Source: Eledone cirrhosa (lineage: Eukaryota). Taken from it: a stretch of 64,000 nt of DNA. The stretch lies in the NCBI GenBank assembly GCA_964016885.1, contig OZ024745.1:109802001-109866000 (forward strand), read 5' to 3'. Shown here in pieces: positions 1 through 13,171 of this stretch (the first letter of the stretch is position 1; every line of letters begins with the position of its first letter). The notes under the pieces are model-generated. The model made no database searches. It worked only from the letters and a program-made list of their open reading frames with translations, and was not told where the DNA came from. The position numbers were made by a program, and so were the translations under genes.

Positions 1-399
1 ATAATAATTAAATACCAGGATTAACAAATAAAACAAATAAACAAGTAAATAAATATATAATGAAAACAACTACAATTTAAAAAAATAACAACAAGAAACA
101 AAATAAAAATAAAAAAAATCAATAATATAGCCTCCATCTGCCAATATTTCAGAAATATCCGCCACCCTCTTCCTTTAATTTCTTTTGTTCTACAAGAACA
201 AATAATTTGTTTCTAGTGATTAATTTTCCCTTTTTCCTTTCTTATCTACTATACAGCTTATTCCCATCTTTGTTCAAACCCTTTTTCCCTTAACTTTCCC
301 CACCATCTGTATCTTTAATATATCAAGAAATTAATGAATTTCAATGTATTCTAATCAGTTTCCCCACGCAAAACTCTTTATTCCCATCACCTTTATTAC

Positions 400-441
<42 letters not shown>

Positions 442-539
442 CATCATTATTGTTATTATTAATAATATTATTATAAATGTAAAATAAATTGTTATTACTA
501 TTACATGTTTATATTTTATTTTTATTTTATTTTTTCATT

Positions 540-652
540 TTTAAATTGGTTTTGTTATTGTGTAATTTTATTCAATTTTATTGTAAAGCCTCACTGTCCC
601 ATTCTTTGTATTGTCCCCCTATATGTCGGCCCTTGTGGCCAATAAATGAAAT
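540..652 (+). mobile_element. 5'-truncated 3' end of a related Tx1-like element inside an (ATT)n tract
   Basis: TGTCCCC..GGCCCTTGTGGCCAATAAATGAAAT parallels the 3' end of the full-length element (TGTCCCC..TGCCCTCGTGGCAAATAAATAGAAAT). Followed directly by (ATT)n. Confidence 0.55.
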
Positions 653-741
653 CATTATTATTATTATTATCATTATTGATAATGATAAAATTATTATCAT
701 TATTGATAATGATAAAATTATTATCATAAATGTAAAAAAAA

Positions 742-793
<52 letters not shown>

Positions 794-1196
794 TGTTATT
801 CTTAAGTGGAAACTTCCTCAACCATATCACATAAAAGATAGTCTCACAACCACTACTACTGCCACCACCACCACCACCGATACACCCACCGAGGACGACC
901 CCACAATGACAACGACTACAACAACAACAATAACAAAGAGACCCTCTTCTGTCAATGATACAAGATAGCACACCCTAGCACCCAGCATCCCAGTTGTTAT
1001 CTTGATAAGTGTTTGAAATATATTGAGAGGATAAATATCTGGGTAGGAGGAGGGGTGTGGATATAACTAGATAACATGGAGGAGGGAAGGGGACACACAT
1101 ATATAATATAGTCTTATAATATTGCTTTGTTTCATAAGTAGACATTTTCCGCAATGTTAGACATCGGTTTGTCTTGAATATATACATATGTATATA

Positions 1197-1242
<46 letters not shown>

Positions 1243-1591
1243 GGAGGCACATGGCTTAGTGGTTAGAGCATTGGCCTTGCAATCGAAAGGTTGTGAGTTC
1301 AATTCTCAGACCGGGTGATGTGTTGTTTCCTTGAGCAAGGCACTTTATTTCACATTGCTCCAGTTTACTCAGCTGTAGAAATGAGATGATAGGGACTGGG
1401 GTCACTATCATTCCACTGCAAAGTGGTCGTGGAGGTGCCACGGCAAAAAAAAGCACCCAGCACTCACTGTAAATGAGGTTGGTGTTAGGAAGGGCATCCA
1501 GCTGTAGAAATCAAGCCAGAATCAGTTCCCGTCCCACCCTTGCAAGCAGGGAAAAGTGGACGTAAAATGAAATGATGATGAAATGATGATG

Positions 1592-1593
<2 letters not shown>
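1243..1593 (+). mobile_element. tRNA-derived SINE with CORE-like centre and RTE-type 3' tail ending (GAT)n
   Basis: A box TGGCTTAGTGG, B box GAGTTCAATTC, CCTTGAGCAAGGCACTT. Tail CCCTTGCAAGCAGGGAAAAGTGGACGTAAAATGA is shared with the RTE LINE end near 10940-10990. Near-identical inverted copy at 53994-54336. Confidence 0.85.
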
Positions 1594-1622
<29 letters not shown>

Positions 1623-1701
1623 TACATGTAGATATATATATATATATACATACAAATATATTTGTTTACATATATATATAAGTATGTATGTATACACACA
1701 C

Positions 1702-1771
<70 letters not shown>

Positions 1772-2150
1772 TATTGCTATGTTTTTCCTTTTTTTCTTCT
1801 GTTTATTTTCTTTTTCTTCGCTATCATCTCCTTTTTCTCTTTTCCTTCCCTAATAACTTCCTGTAGTTATTAACACACTCTGGATAGATGTATTGTCTTT
1901 AATGTGTTGAAACATCCAATACCCACAGCAAACAACTGAAGAGGGGAATTGTCTTATGGTTGTGTTTTCTTTACATTTCTGAATACTATATATATATAAT
2001 CTTCTAAAAAGACAGAATTAAGGGCCAGGTGTTCACTAGCATAGTGGTTAACAGACGTGGTATAAAGTTCCTCTGAGGCACTTCTGTCCAATTTTTTTTC
2101 ATCCAGAAGTATTTTACACACTTTTCTCAACTATTATTTATAGTAATTAA

Positions 2151-2340
2151 GGGGCGGTGAACTGGCAGTATCGGTAGAGAGTCGGACGCCATGCTTTCCA
2201 GCATAGTTACGTCCCTTTACGGTCTGAGTTCAAATCCCGCCGAGGTTAACTTTGCCTTTCATCCTTACGGGGTCGATAAAATAAAGTACCAGTAATGTAC
2301 TGGGTAATTGCTGGCCTTGTGTCAAAAGTAGAAACAATTA
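2151..2340 (+). mobile_element. tRNA-derived SINE, most abundant family in the window (central GCCTTTCATCC..GGGGTCGATAAAAT..GTACCAG, resembling the MetaSINE domain; 3' end GTAGAAACAATTA)
   Basis: A box TGGCAGTATCGG, B box GAGTTCAAATCCC. Flanked by repeated ATTATTTATAGTAA (TSD-like). Roughly two dozen full or partial copies in the window. The Meta-domain assignment is from memory. Confidence 0.85.
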
Positions 2341-2534
2341 TTTATAGTAAATAACTATTATTATGGTTATTTCTGAAATGAGATGATTGCATTTCAAACT
2401 TTATATAGACACACACATATGTACATACTTAATATATGTCTGCAGTTCCAAGACAGGGAAGGCCACAAATAAGAGTAGTACTCTATGTATAGGGAGGAGC
2501 AGAGTGGGTCCAGTTCATACCTTCCTTATATATT

Positions 2535-2594
<60 letters not shown>

Positions 2595-2604
2595 CATACA
2601 TACA

Positions 2605-2700
2605 CAGGGTGTCCCAAACATGTATACACACTTCAACAACATTCTAATAAATAGTGCCTGTGCAGGTAATCAAAGTGTGTTTACATATTTGGGGGACACC

Positions 2701-2703
<3 letters not shown>
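2605..2703. mobile_element. Tc1/mariner-type mini-MITE in (TA)n
   Basis: Termini CAGGGTGTCCC..GGGACACCCTG with ~28-bp TIRs. Related 76-bp copy at 37482-37557. Confidence 0.8.
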
Positions 2704-2761
<58 letters not shown>

Positions 2762-2765
<4 letters not shown>

Positions 2766-2954
2766 AACGAGTAGGACCCCGACGACTAAGCTCAAGCCGT
2801 TTCGACCGCTAATTCGCGTCCAGAATTAGCCGTCGAAACGGCTTGAGCTCAGCCGTCGGGGTCCTACTTGTTTCTATTACCCACTCTACTACCCTAAGTA
2901 TTGAGTACTTTGGTGCATTATGGTCCACCTGGTTCCTTACCACATTTCCTTCGT

Positions 2955-2955
<1 letters not shown>
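2762..2955 (+). repeat. (TA)n-embedded element: ~116-nt imperfect hairpin plus conserved tail
   Basis: Arms GAGTAGGACCCCGACG..CCGTTTCGAC / GTCGAAACGG..CGTCGGGGTCCTACT. Homologous to 62200-62408 (-). Confidence 0.75.
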
Positions 2956-2988
<33 letters not shown>

Positions 2989-3399
2989 AGAGATAAAGCC
3001 TATATATATATATATATACACACACATATATGTATGCATATATACACACACACTCACAAAAATTAAATGGATGCTTTAATATCTACAATGAATGATTAAA
3101 TGTAATCATAGAAATGCTTAAATAAGTTATTGTGCTATATGTAAATATTATTAGCATTTTATTAAAAATCAACAACAACACGAAAATGATATTAATTTCT
3201 TGAAAAAGAAAATAGAATTCCAAACAGGTAGAGAGAAATAACACATAAAACTTATAATGTCAGGTATGTTAATTACATTGGATATAAACAGATTATTTAA
3301 TAAAATACACATGTACACATTGGTGAGTGGTAGATTTGGTAAAGACATCATCACCATTTTATTCCTGTGAAACATGCTGTAATGGGTTGGATAGTTTAA

Positions 3400-3617
3400 C
3401 CCTTTAGCATTTATATTACTCTATATTTACTATATTTTCACACTAAAGGCTTTATCTCACATATTTATCTCACATAATATCGAATCTGTGAGATTTTGAT
3501 ATTATGTATTTTGAGAACAATACCTTTACATCAGTATGAGTGGCTTGTTATGGCCGGTTTGAACAGAAAGTGGTGAGGGAATGCTGGTTGGATACGGCCG
3601 GTTTAAATGCTAAAGGG
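3400..3617. mobile_element. piggyBac-type MITE
   Basis: TTAA|CCCTTTAGCATTTA..TAAATGCTAAAGGG|TTAA. Confidence 0.88.
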
Positions 3618-4140
3618 TTAAATGACCATGTCTTGCTCATACATTCCAGTCTGGCCTGCTTTCGACAACTAATTGGATGCTATTCCCAATGCCAACTACA
3701 TTATCAAAGCATCAGTACAATCACATTACAGATTGCTGGGTTCATTATACTGTGACACCAGCACTGTCACTTTACAGAGTGGGCTGGGTTCATTTTATTG
3801 CAATACTAGCTTGCAGAGTGTACTGGGTGCATTCCAGTATGGCATTAGTACTAGGTTGATTATTGTGTCCTTAGTCAGACAGAGATGAGCTGTGATCAGA
3901 GTGATCAGCAGTGATCAGGAATATGAGCATGAGGGGATCAGTACTTGCTGTGAAAATCATCCCTGGGAGAGAAGGAAACACAAAGAAAGAGAAGGAGAAG
4001 GTACCAGTTGCACACATTTTATATTCTCAGTTCAAATGTAGTACAGGTTTACTTTGCTTTGTATTCTTCTAAGTTTGATAAATTAAGTAAGTGTTAATAA
4101 ACTAATTACTTGTGTTTATATAATTTACTATATCCTAGAA

Positions 4141-4439
4141 CAAGCCAAATTCAGGTCACAACATCATTTCATCTGGCCTGCAGACTTCATTGAATATGTG
4201 ATGTTGCATTCAAATATTCTTTGTTCCCATTATCAATCCTGGTGAACACTTGTGAAAAAAACATTTATCTTATTCTACTTAAATGCTTATAATAAAAAAA
4301 ACATTAAAGTAATTTTAAAACAAGCTATTTCCATAGCTCAGTGTTGTTGTGGTTTCATTTTTGTTATATTTGCTTTGGCTTGCAAGACATAAAAATATTT
4401 CCCATCTGGCTTACTTCCAAAGACGTTTGTTGACCCTTG
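4141..4439. mobile_element. hAT-type non-autonomous element
   Basis: Perfect 8-bp TSD TCCTAGAA (4133-4140, 4440-4447); degenerate CAAG..CTTG termini. Confidence 0.6.
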
Positions 4440-4512
4440 TCCTAGAAGCTAGTGCTTCAGCAAAGTCACAGTCTAAAGACTGAAATCAGTAAAGGATTAT
4501 AAAATATAAACA

Positions 4513-4552
<40 letters not shown>

Positions 4553-5249
4553 TATGTAACAACTACTGTTTCTTATCTAACAACAATGATCTTTTTTTGG
4601 CCTGATCTAAATATCGGTCCTTCTCTTTCTTTTCTTTTCCTCTTTCAGAATGAGACTAATGACATCTATTGAAAGGAAAATGCAAGAATGATGAAGGATG
4701 TGGAAGAAGAGGAAGGAGAATGAGGAGGAGGAAGAGGAGGAGAAAAAGGTGGAGGAGGAGAGGGATGTAGTGGTGGTGGTGGTGGAGATGTACTCCTGAA
4801 CAGATGAATGGAGCTTGAATGAAGGTTTAAGTACCTCACTTAAAGCCTTATATCGAAATGCATGATGTTCAATATCTCAAGACAAATAATCAGTTGCATT
4901 GATTCCTGAGTGGATGCTGATATATAAACATGTGATCCAACACATGAAAATAGATGTAATTCTGCTTTGAGGACATTTATGTCACACTACTATATAAAAT
5001 TGTCTCAACTATTTTCTTTTAAAGACTTTCTGATGTTTCTGGATTGTCTTTAGTTTAAGGTATTATATTTATATTTATTCTTACACACATTTTATTTCTG
5101 CTGTTTGTTTTAAATGCTCTCAACTATTATGAATTGAAGAGAATTCCCTCAAGAGCATTTTCAAACTAAACTTTGTCTATAGAATTATAGTCGGTTTGAG
5201 CAAACTATCAGGAAATTGCACAAGCATGCACTGTTTTAATAACCATGCT

Positions 5250-5930
5250 TTTATAATATACATAGTCACATGTTTTGATTTCATTTTTACCAGAATTATG
5301 GGACTGCAATCTTTTCTACATTCTCTATAATGTGACCCTTTTTAAACTAATAAAGAACGAATGTTCCCAGTTAATGTCAAGCTGTGACACTTGTAGATTA
5401 ATACCAGAGCAAACAAATTTGGCTTAGGTTCAGAGTCAAATTTTCTATTCTGTATTGGGTCTCTGAGGTACACCTATATCTCTGCATGCCATAAAAGGTG
5501 ACTAAAAGGATTGGCCACAGAAATGACCTCTGGTTGCAAAATATTGCCTCAAAAAAGAATCTAAGATGATTATGAAGCTTATCATATGGTTTGCAAAGCA
5601 AAGCCCTGCTTTAACAGAGAAATAGCCTTAAAATACTGTTTTTTTTTGTGATGGGTCTTTTAGAACACGCAAAATTTGCTGCTACTGAAACAAATTGCAT
5701 TAGAATGCTATGGTAGCTTTTCATCTCTAATATTGTTGCTCCAACTCTTCCTTTTAACAGTTTACCTGAGATTTACACATGTGCTGATTGTAAAGGCAAT
5801 ATCATGGCTTAATTGTCGAGGTTGTATTTGGTTTCCTCAGCAGCATCAACAATAAATCAATGGATGAAATATGAGCCATGTAAAGAATACATTGAACAAT
5901 GTAGTTTTCAATAAAAGAATAAATAAACAG
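5250..5930 (-). pseudogene. Possible highly decayed hAT transposase remnant
   Basis: Minus-strand fragments EHSFFISLKRV (cf. hAT dimerisation motif ERSFSxLKRIK) near 5330-5370, and Y..C...AH....IVDAA (cf. YxHCxAHxLNL) near 5830-5905. Many stops and frameshifts. Confidence 0.35.
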
Positions 5931-7399
5931 GATGATCACAGCTGGAATATCTTTGATCATAGCGCTGCACAATCAGGAAAACCTGGAGCTAAATAACAAC
6001 AAAATCAAAGGGATTATTTTGTCTTTATTGCTGCTAAAAAGCAAAACCTTAGTACATAGAGAAATGATAAAACCAAATTCACTAATGAATTTACTGAACA
6101 TTCCTTGACATGTCTGATAACATATAAAACTATTGAGTATTTGTTGACCATTAGTGGCCTGCAAATATATACCCAACAACAAATGATTGTCTGAAGCTAT
6201 ATAGTCACATATATCTTACCGACTTGACTCTTGACAATACAAACCACTCGCTAAACTTTATGAGTTCTTGCAGTCATCTTGAAGCTCTTGAATGTCTGTC
6301 ATCTGACATTGCCAAATGATTTATGGAAAATTTCAGATTTCTGCACTTGAAATCAATACTTTTATCTAAGGAGGTACACAGTGTTATGGATTAGGTTTAT
6401 TTTCTGGGCCCTTCATGATAAATCTATTTCTGAAACATTCAGTGTTTGGTATCTACGTGATGCTGGTTGAGTAGTTAAAATCTTGGCCTACTAATCTAAA
6501 TATCAGGTTCTAAAGCATTTCATGGTGTTCTTAGGGAAAGATTCTTTGATTTACTTGCCTCAGTTTACTAAATCCACAAAGTATGTATTACTTCCACTTT
6601 ATGACTGATTGGTTGACATAGGAACGTGGCTATACTGCCCCCCAAAGTTAATAAAACATGTCTGAATTTAGGAACTATCACATTTAGTAAATAAATATAT
6701 AGACGATAACATCATTACAAAGAAAATTAAGTATATAAAATAACATTTAAAAAAACTATTAAAGTGAATTAAAAACTATCTCTGAATAAAGTTTTTGTTT
6801 CTTTTATGCCAAACAGAAATTTTTATTTCATCCCATTTTCCTTCATTCATGGTCATAAAAATATAATTGATATCTTTTATGGAATTAAGCCAATACGTTT
6901 GAATAAGGTTATTATAGATAAATGCCTAACCTACATAAACTATTTAGATATACAAAACAGAAATGCTGAGATTTGAAACCACAGCTTTCTTGTATGTGTG
7001 TTAAAACCAACATCAATGTGACAAATTGGCAGAAGAGTTAGAGTGCTGGAAAAAATGCCTTGTGGTACTTATTCTGGCTCCTTACATTCTGTGTTCAAAT
7101 TCACCCAAGGTCAACTTTGCTGTTAATCCATCCAGGGTTGATAAATAAAGTGAAATTGTTAGAGCATCAGATGGGATATCTTGCTGCATTTATTCTGGTT
7201 CTGTTCATTGGGTGGTAAACTTACTCCATCACCTGGTTTAAAAATCATCACTTGGCCTTTGGGTGGCATTAGCTGAGTCCACTCTATTGCAAACTTTTGG
7301 GCAAGTCAAGTTTAAGGATAGTTTCCTCTTTCCTTTCTATCGATCTTCTGAGTTCTGAAAAGGAGTATTGGGTACTGCCTCTACAATTGTATTAATTTG

Positions 7400-8060
7400 T
7401 ATAGATTAAATACAGATATTGTGAAAGACAGTAAAGTAGAGTGAGATTGTTTGCCAACCCAACAAATACCATTTATCTTTATTATATGTCTAAATCATCA
7501 AACTTTCCTCAACTTGTCAGTATTATTTTTATTTCTCAATCACATCATTTACCCCATTCCATTTGAGATATTTTTACCCTGGCATATACTAGTTTCTGAA
7601 AATCTACTGAAATTTCTGAGACTTTCCATTCCAGACAAAACTATCAAGAACACATTGTAAGCTAGCTAAAGAGCAGGGATTTTTGCAGTGGGTTACTTCT
7701 CTTGTGCTAACAAAGTGTCTTTCAAACATAAGTCTAATCTGAGATAAAATAACTACTGACTGCTTGGAGGAATGAATAGCTAATAAATAGACTATATTCC
7801 CAGAGCAAACGTCATCTTCATCTGATTTTAATATAGAAAAATCTGACAACTAACAAATATCATCAACTACCACAAAAGCATTATCAAGACAATCCAAATT
7901 CTTTGAGCCCTTTTGTGCAAAGTAATTCTAGAAGAGAAAAGTGTAGGAATGTAAGTGAGATGCAGACACCTAGCCCCAACGGAGTGTTCAATAGCTCCAA
8001 TTAAGTACTGACTTGATTTGTAACAAACTGTCCAACTCTTGCTAGCAGGGAAAACAGGCA
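7400..8060 (-). pseudogene. Possible decayed L1/Tx1 ORF2 (RT to C-terminal) remnant
   Basis: Fragments PCSLASLQCVLDSFVWNGK (cf. PCP..MLFQFLWKKR) and LGWQ (cf. LAWQ) occur in the expected order. Confidence 0.3.
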
Positions 8061-9814
8061 ATAGATGATGATGATGATGATGATGATGACAATATACAAA
8101 CCCTCACATATAGAACATAATTTTATCATTGTAATCTAGTCAGGTCAGTTCAGTTCAGATTTGTTCAGACCTCCCATCTTAATCCTGCATAGCATTCATA
8201 AGGTCAGCAGAGTAACACCACAAGTTCATACAAGGTTTTTACTGGATAGCCAACTCATGTTTATCCATATTGTTGTGTCCGTAGGAGTATATCACAAATG
8301 AGTTCTTTATTTACCCTCCAATAATATTTTGCACATAATGAACTAATGATTATGAAACAATTACCATACCATAATTCTTTGGTTGAGTACTTCTTCATTT
8401 ATTCAAAATCTCTTTCAAAGTGAAAATATTTCTTTTGTTTATCAAATAAAGTAATAAATTTGTGCTTAATCAAAATAATTTTCAGATAGAGTATTCTTTT
8501 AGATCTCATATCATGATTAATAAAAAGTAACTTTTGAAGGATGGATTTTAAATGACATTTTCAATTTATAAAAAAAAAAATCAACAAAATAACAAAACAA
8601 AGAAAGAGAGAACAATATTTAGAAAGTTATCTAAGTTATACTTTAATTTAGTATTAAATATAAAAAAAATTCCAAATTGTAAATGTTTATAAGTATACCT
8701 GAGTTTTTCTGTGGGTGCTGTTGCTGTCCTTTAGTTCCAAATCAACTCTATTCAAGTAGGTTTATGATCACAATGACTTTAGCCATGAAAGTTATTTTGC
8801 TTTCTTCATTGCTATTGTACAAAGTACTTACATTATCAAATGTGTCCTGTATAAGACAGAGTGTAGCTTGAAGGAAATTTGGCTGTTATTTCTAGCAGGT
8901 GAAATGACACTGTGGATACTGCTACTGCTGTTTTACTGCTGCCACATCCATTATCAACATCATAGTCATCATTTCTATGTTTATATAAACAGTATTACTT
9001 TCAATTCCTTGACTAAAACTTTGAGCTGGTGGGGTGCATATCTTTCAGATGCAGTCCCCTTCAGAACAGGAAGAATTCCACACTGCCCACATCTGCCTAG
9101 CACCCCTATATAGTGGTAGTGGTCTTCACAAGGTCAACTGGGAATACAAGATCAAGCTGGATACCTATCGAATGAGATACAAACTGCCCCCAACTGTCAC
9201 AATACTATCTTCCATACAATCAATCAGAGATGAACAGTATGTACTATATGATCCCAGGCCATATGAAGCTGCAACAAAGCTAGTATGATGGATCTGTGGA
9301 TCAAATGGAAGCATTCAATCAACTGTTTCCGTGATAACCATTACAACAATGACAACAACAACAGTGATAAGAATGCAGCAATGATGACTACAGTAAGAGA
9401 AATAACTGCTAGCACTATCACCGCCACTCCTACAAACAGTGACACCATTAGCATCACTACTACATCACTAAAACAACCACTACTACAACTACCACCACTA
9501 GAGTCACCATAACAACCAACAACCACTACCACAGCAACATCACTAGCATCAATAACACCACAATAACAACCACCACCACCACCACCACCACCACAACAGC
9601 AATCACCACAAGCATCATCATCACTATAAAAAACACTAGTACAACCACTAGAGTAACATGACTAGCATGACTACAATTACCATTAGTACCATAACAACCA
9701 CCACTAGCAATGCTGCAGCAACCTCCACAATCATCACAACCACCATGGCAACATTACTACTGATAAACACTATGTCAGCCACAAAATTAACAGGAAATAA
9801 ACAACTTTATTTAA

Positions 9815-10227
9815 CCCTTTAACATTTAAACCGGCCAAATCTGGCCAGAACTCTCTCACCTCTTTCTATTCAAACCTGGCCACTGATACCTACATTAAGG
9901 TATTGTTCTCAAAATAAATAACATCAAAATATGGTAGATACGATATTATGTGAGATAATTATGTGAGATAATTATGTAAGATAAAAACTTTACTGTGAAA
10001 ATACAATAGTAAATATAGAATAATTGTTTCTACTTTAGGCACAAGGCCAGCAATCACCCAGTACATTACTGGTACTTTATTTTATCGACCCCGTAAGGAT
10101 GAAAGGTAAAGTTAACCTCGACGGGATTTGAACTCAGATTGTAAAGGGACGTAACTATGCTAGAAAGCATGGCGTCCAACCCTCTACCGATACTGCCAAT
10201 TCACCAAATAATGTAAATGCTAAAGGG
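9815..10227. mobile_element. piggyBac-type MITE (inverted relative of 3400-3617) carrying a SINE at ~10023-10206
   Basis: TTAA|CCCTTTAACATTTA..TAAATGCTAAAGGG|TTAA. The SINE is bounded by an AATAAT duplication. Confidence 0.85.
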
Positions 10228-10482
10228 TTAAATTGTAAGAACACAAAATAACTTCAAAATAACTACAACTTCAACTGTTTTTCATTTCCTGAAACATTCC
10301 AAATGATGTGATCCCAAGATATTAAAACTACTTGTCCTCTAAAGAAGGGCTGAAGGAAAACTATAATACTTACAGAAACATAATTAAAATATGCCTCATA
10401 TATTGATTTCATCACTGTCCTTTCATGAGAAACAGTACTAGACCCCACCCCAATCTCTCTATTATCATCATTATCATCATCC

Positions 10483-10992
10483 TCAAAGAAGGGTTTCTCC
10501 CTGCATACGAAAGGACGGTTATATGATGCCTGTGTGAGATGCGCGATGCTGCATGGTAGTGAGACATGGACGCCAACTGCAGAGGATATGCGACGGCTGG
10601 AGAGAAATGAAGCAAGTATGCTCCGTTGGATGTGCAATGTCAATGTGCGTGAACGACCAAGCATTGACGAGTTAAGAAAGAAACTGGGTATAAGAGGGAT
10701 AAGTTGTGGTGTGCAGGAGAAGGCTGAGATGGTATGGACATGTGATGCGCATGGAGGATGACCGCTGGGTAAAGAAGTGACAAGAAATCCCAGTAGGAGG
10801 AAGATGTGGTAAAGGTAGACCACGAAAAACATGGGCAGACATGGTGCAAGCAGACCTCAGATCACTGAAACTCACAGTGGAGATGACGAAGATCCATGAA
10901 AAGTGGAGAGATGCTGTGCTGAAAAGGTCCCGTCCAACCCTTGCAAGCAGGGAAAAGCGGACGTAAAATGATGATGATGATGATGATGATGA
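10483..10992 (+). mobile_element. 5'-truncated RTE-clade LINE 3' end with (GAT)n tail
   Basis: KGRLYDACVRCAMLHGSETW..MLRWMCNV; after a frameshift RLRWYGHVMRM and GRPRKTW. These are typical RTE C-terminal motifs. Confidence 0.85.
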
Positions 10993-13107
10993 TTTTACAT
11001 GTTTTCAATGCTGGCATGAGTTGGATGGGTTGTGACAGTTCGAGACCAGAGATGTTTAAGAACCACTTCTTTTTTAATACTTTCCACTTTTAGCTTGGCT
11101 TTTACAGTTGAATAAACTTCCTAATGCTAACTACTTTACAGAGTGTACTAGATGCAATTTATCATGGGGCCAGTACTACCACTTACAGAATGTACTGGGT
11201 GCATTTTATCATGGCAGAATTACTAATAAGATTACCATATCCTCAAAATAACTGTAGAGCACTCTCTCTCTCTGAATTGGCTACATTTGAGGGGTAAAAA
11301 AAGGAACATTCGCATCATGTCCCCACTAACCCTTTCATTAAAAAAATCCCATAAAGAAACTGATATGCTTTGATGATTCCATGAGTGTCATGGTGCGTGG
11401 TGTAATCTTGAAAGCCAGACTGACTAAACTCTATGGATACAACTGATATGATGGTTATATGAGGTTGTTTTTCTTGTCAAATTTGTTGTTTAAACCCAGA
11501 TCAAGGCTGATTGAGTAGATCTATAATGAAAGACATTTCAGTGACCACTATTTCACCATTTTAGGGTTATCTAGGGTAATACTTTTATTTAAGATGTTAG
11601 GGTGGGATTTGTGGAAAATTTAACTGCAATTTCTACCAGGTTGGGCAACCACATAGAATCTCCTTCCCTGTTATTGTTTAGTCTTTGTTGGAGAAGATCT
11701 ATTATCACAGGTATTCCAGCCATGACTACCCCATTTGCTATTTTCTTGCAGAGTGTGTTTCATATCATCTCAATGTTTCCTGGAAAGGAGGATTTTAACA
11801 GACAGATCACAGAGAGAGGGTGGGTTGGAGTCTCAGAACATTATCCAGTATGTCATTTTTAAGATAATAAGACCAAAACCTATGACCAAAAGTATTCCAG
11901 CCGTGACCATCTTGTCTGTTTAGGAATATATAGGATTATATCGTTTAATGTTTTATTTTCTTAACCTTTTAATACCAAAACAACCATGGAGCTATCATAA
12001 AAAGCTGTTTAATTTTAAATGTTTATATTTATCTAAAAACTTCTATCACATATTTATATAAGAACCTTTCATCATCATCATCATCATCGTTATTTAACGT
12101 CCATTTTCCCTGCTAGCAAGAGGTGGAAAGGTCATCAGCAGGCCTGATCACTACTCAAGAAAGATGGGCTGCATTTCAATTATATATAATCCTGCACTGA
12201 ACCAAATGCCTTTTGTCATGATTTAGGGAGGTTGTCAAGGCTTTCACAGGTTCTCTGTGGTTGAACACTCTTGCATTTATTGTGTAGATCACCAGCACTT
12301 AAAGAGATTGTCATATGTTTGTCACAACTGGAGAATCCTCTTGGCCCTTTGTTAAACCAATGTCTAAACACCAGCTTAATCATGAGAAAGTTTATATTAC
12401 TAAATCCCTATAAATTCTTGGTTATTTAAAAAATTATCTGAAACTCATAGCCAGTGTCTTTCATTAGAAATGCAATAAAAAGATGAGGTCAAGTCAGTAG
12501 AGTGTGATTTGAGAATTATTTGACTGCAATTTCTAACAGGCCAAATGGCCTAGTAGAGGCTCTCTCTTATTTTGGACTCTAATAGGTTTACTCATGAAGA
12601 ACAAGCTGGATCTACACAGCAACAACCATAGCAATAATGAGTAAAAACTTTCTAAATAAGTTATTTGTGTTTGTGTGTGGTGGAAATTTGCTTAAAAGAT
12701 TGTATTACACATGTAATGGTGAAATGCAAGATCTGAAATATGTCTTTCTTATAAACACGAAATGATATCAGCATGAAAGACTATACACTGAAAGATAGAA
12801 TCTGCAGTGTTTAAGTGAAGTAAATTATAAACATTCACAGTTAATGAATAAATAAGTCAATTTAGGAAATGTATATATACAGAAGGAAGGGAGAGTAGAG
12901 AGAGAAAGAAATGAGAGAGAGGGGGAAAAGATAAAGTAAGGGATTGAAAGGGATATAGAGAAATTAATATGAAAAAAGCACATGAGAGAGAGAAAGAGAG
13001 AAAGAGATAGAAAGAGAGGAGGGAGAGAGATAGAGAAAAAAAAAGAGAGAGCGAAAAAGAGAGAAAAGGAGAGAGTTCAGAAGAATTACAAATGTAAAGA
13101 AGTAATG

Positions 13108-13171
<64 letters not shown>

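Noticed and set aside
1243-1315. tRNA gene
   Set aside because: The tRNA-like head continues into a SINE body and tail and is multicopy.
1870-1990. Possible hammerhead (CTGGATAGA..TGAAAC; CTGAAGA) in a TA-flanked segment
   Set aside because: Core is altered or in the wrong order and the stems cannot be paired convincingly.
9034-9340. Possible CR1/L2-type ORF2 tail (YKIKLDTY)
   Set aside because: A single weak motif; not enough to call.
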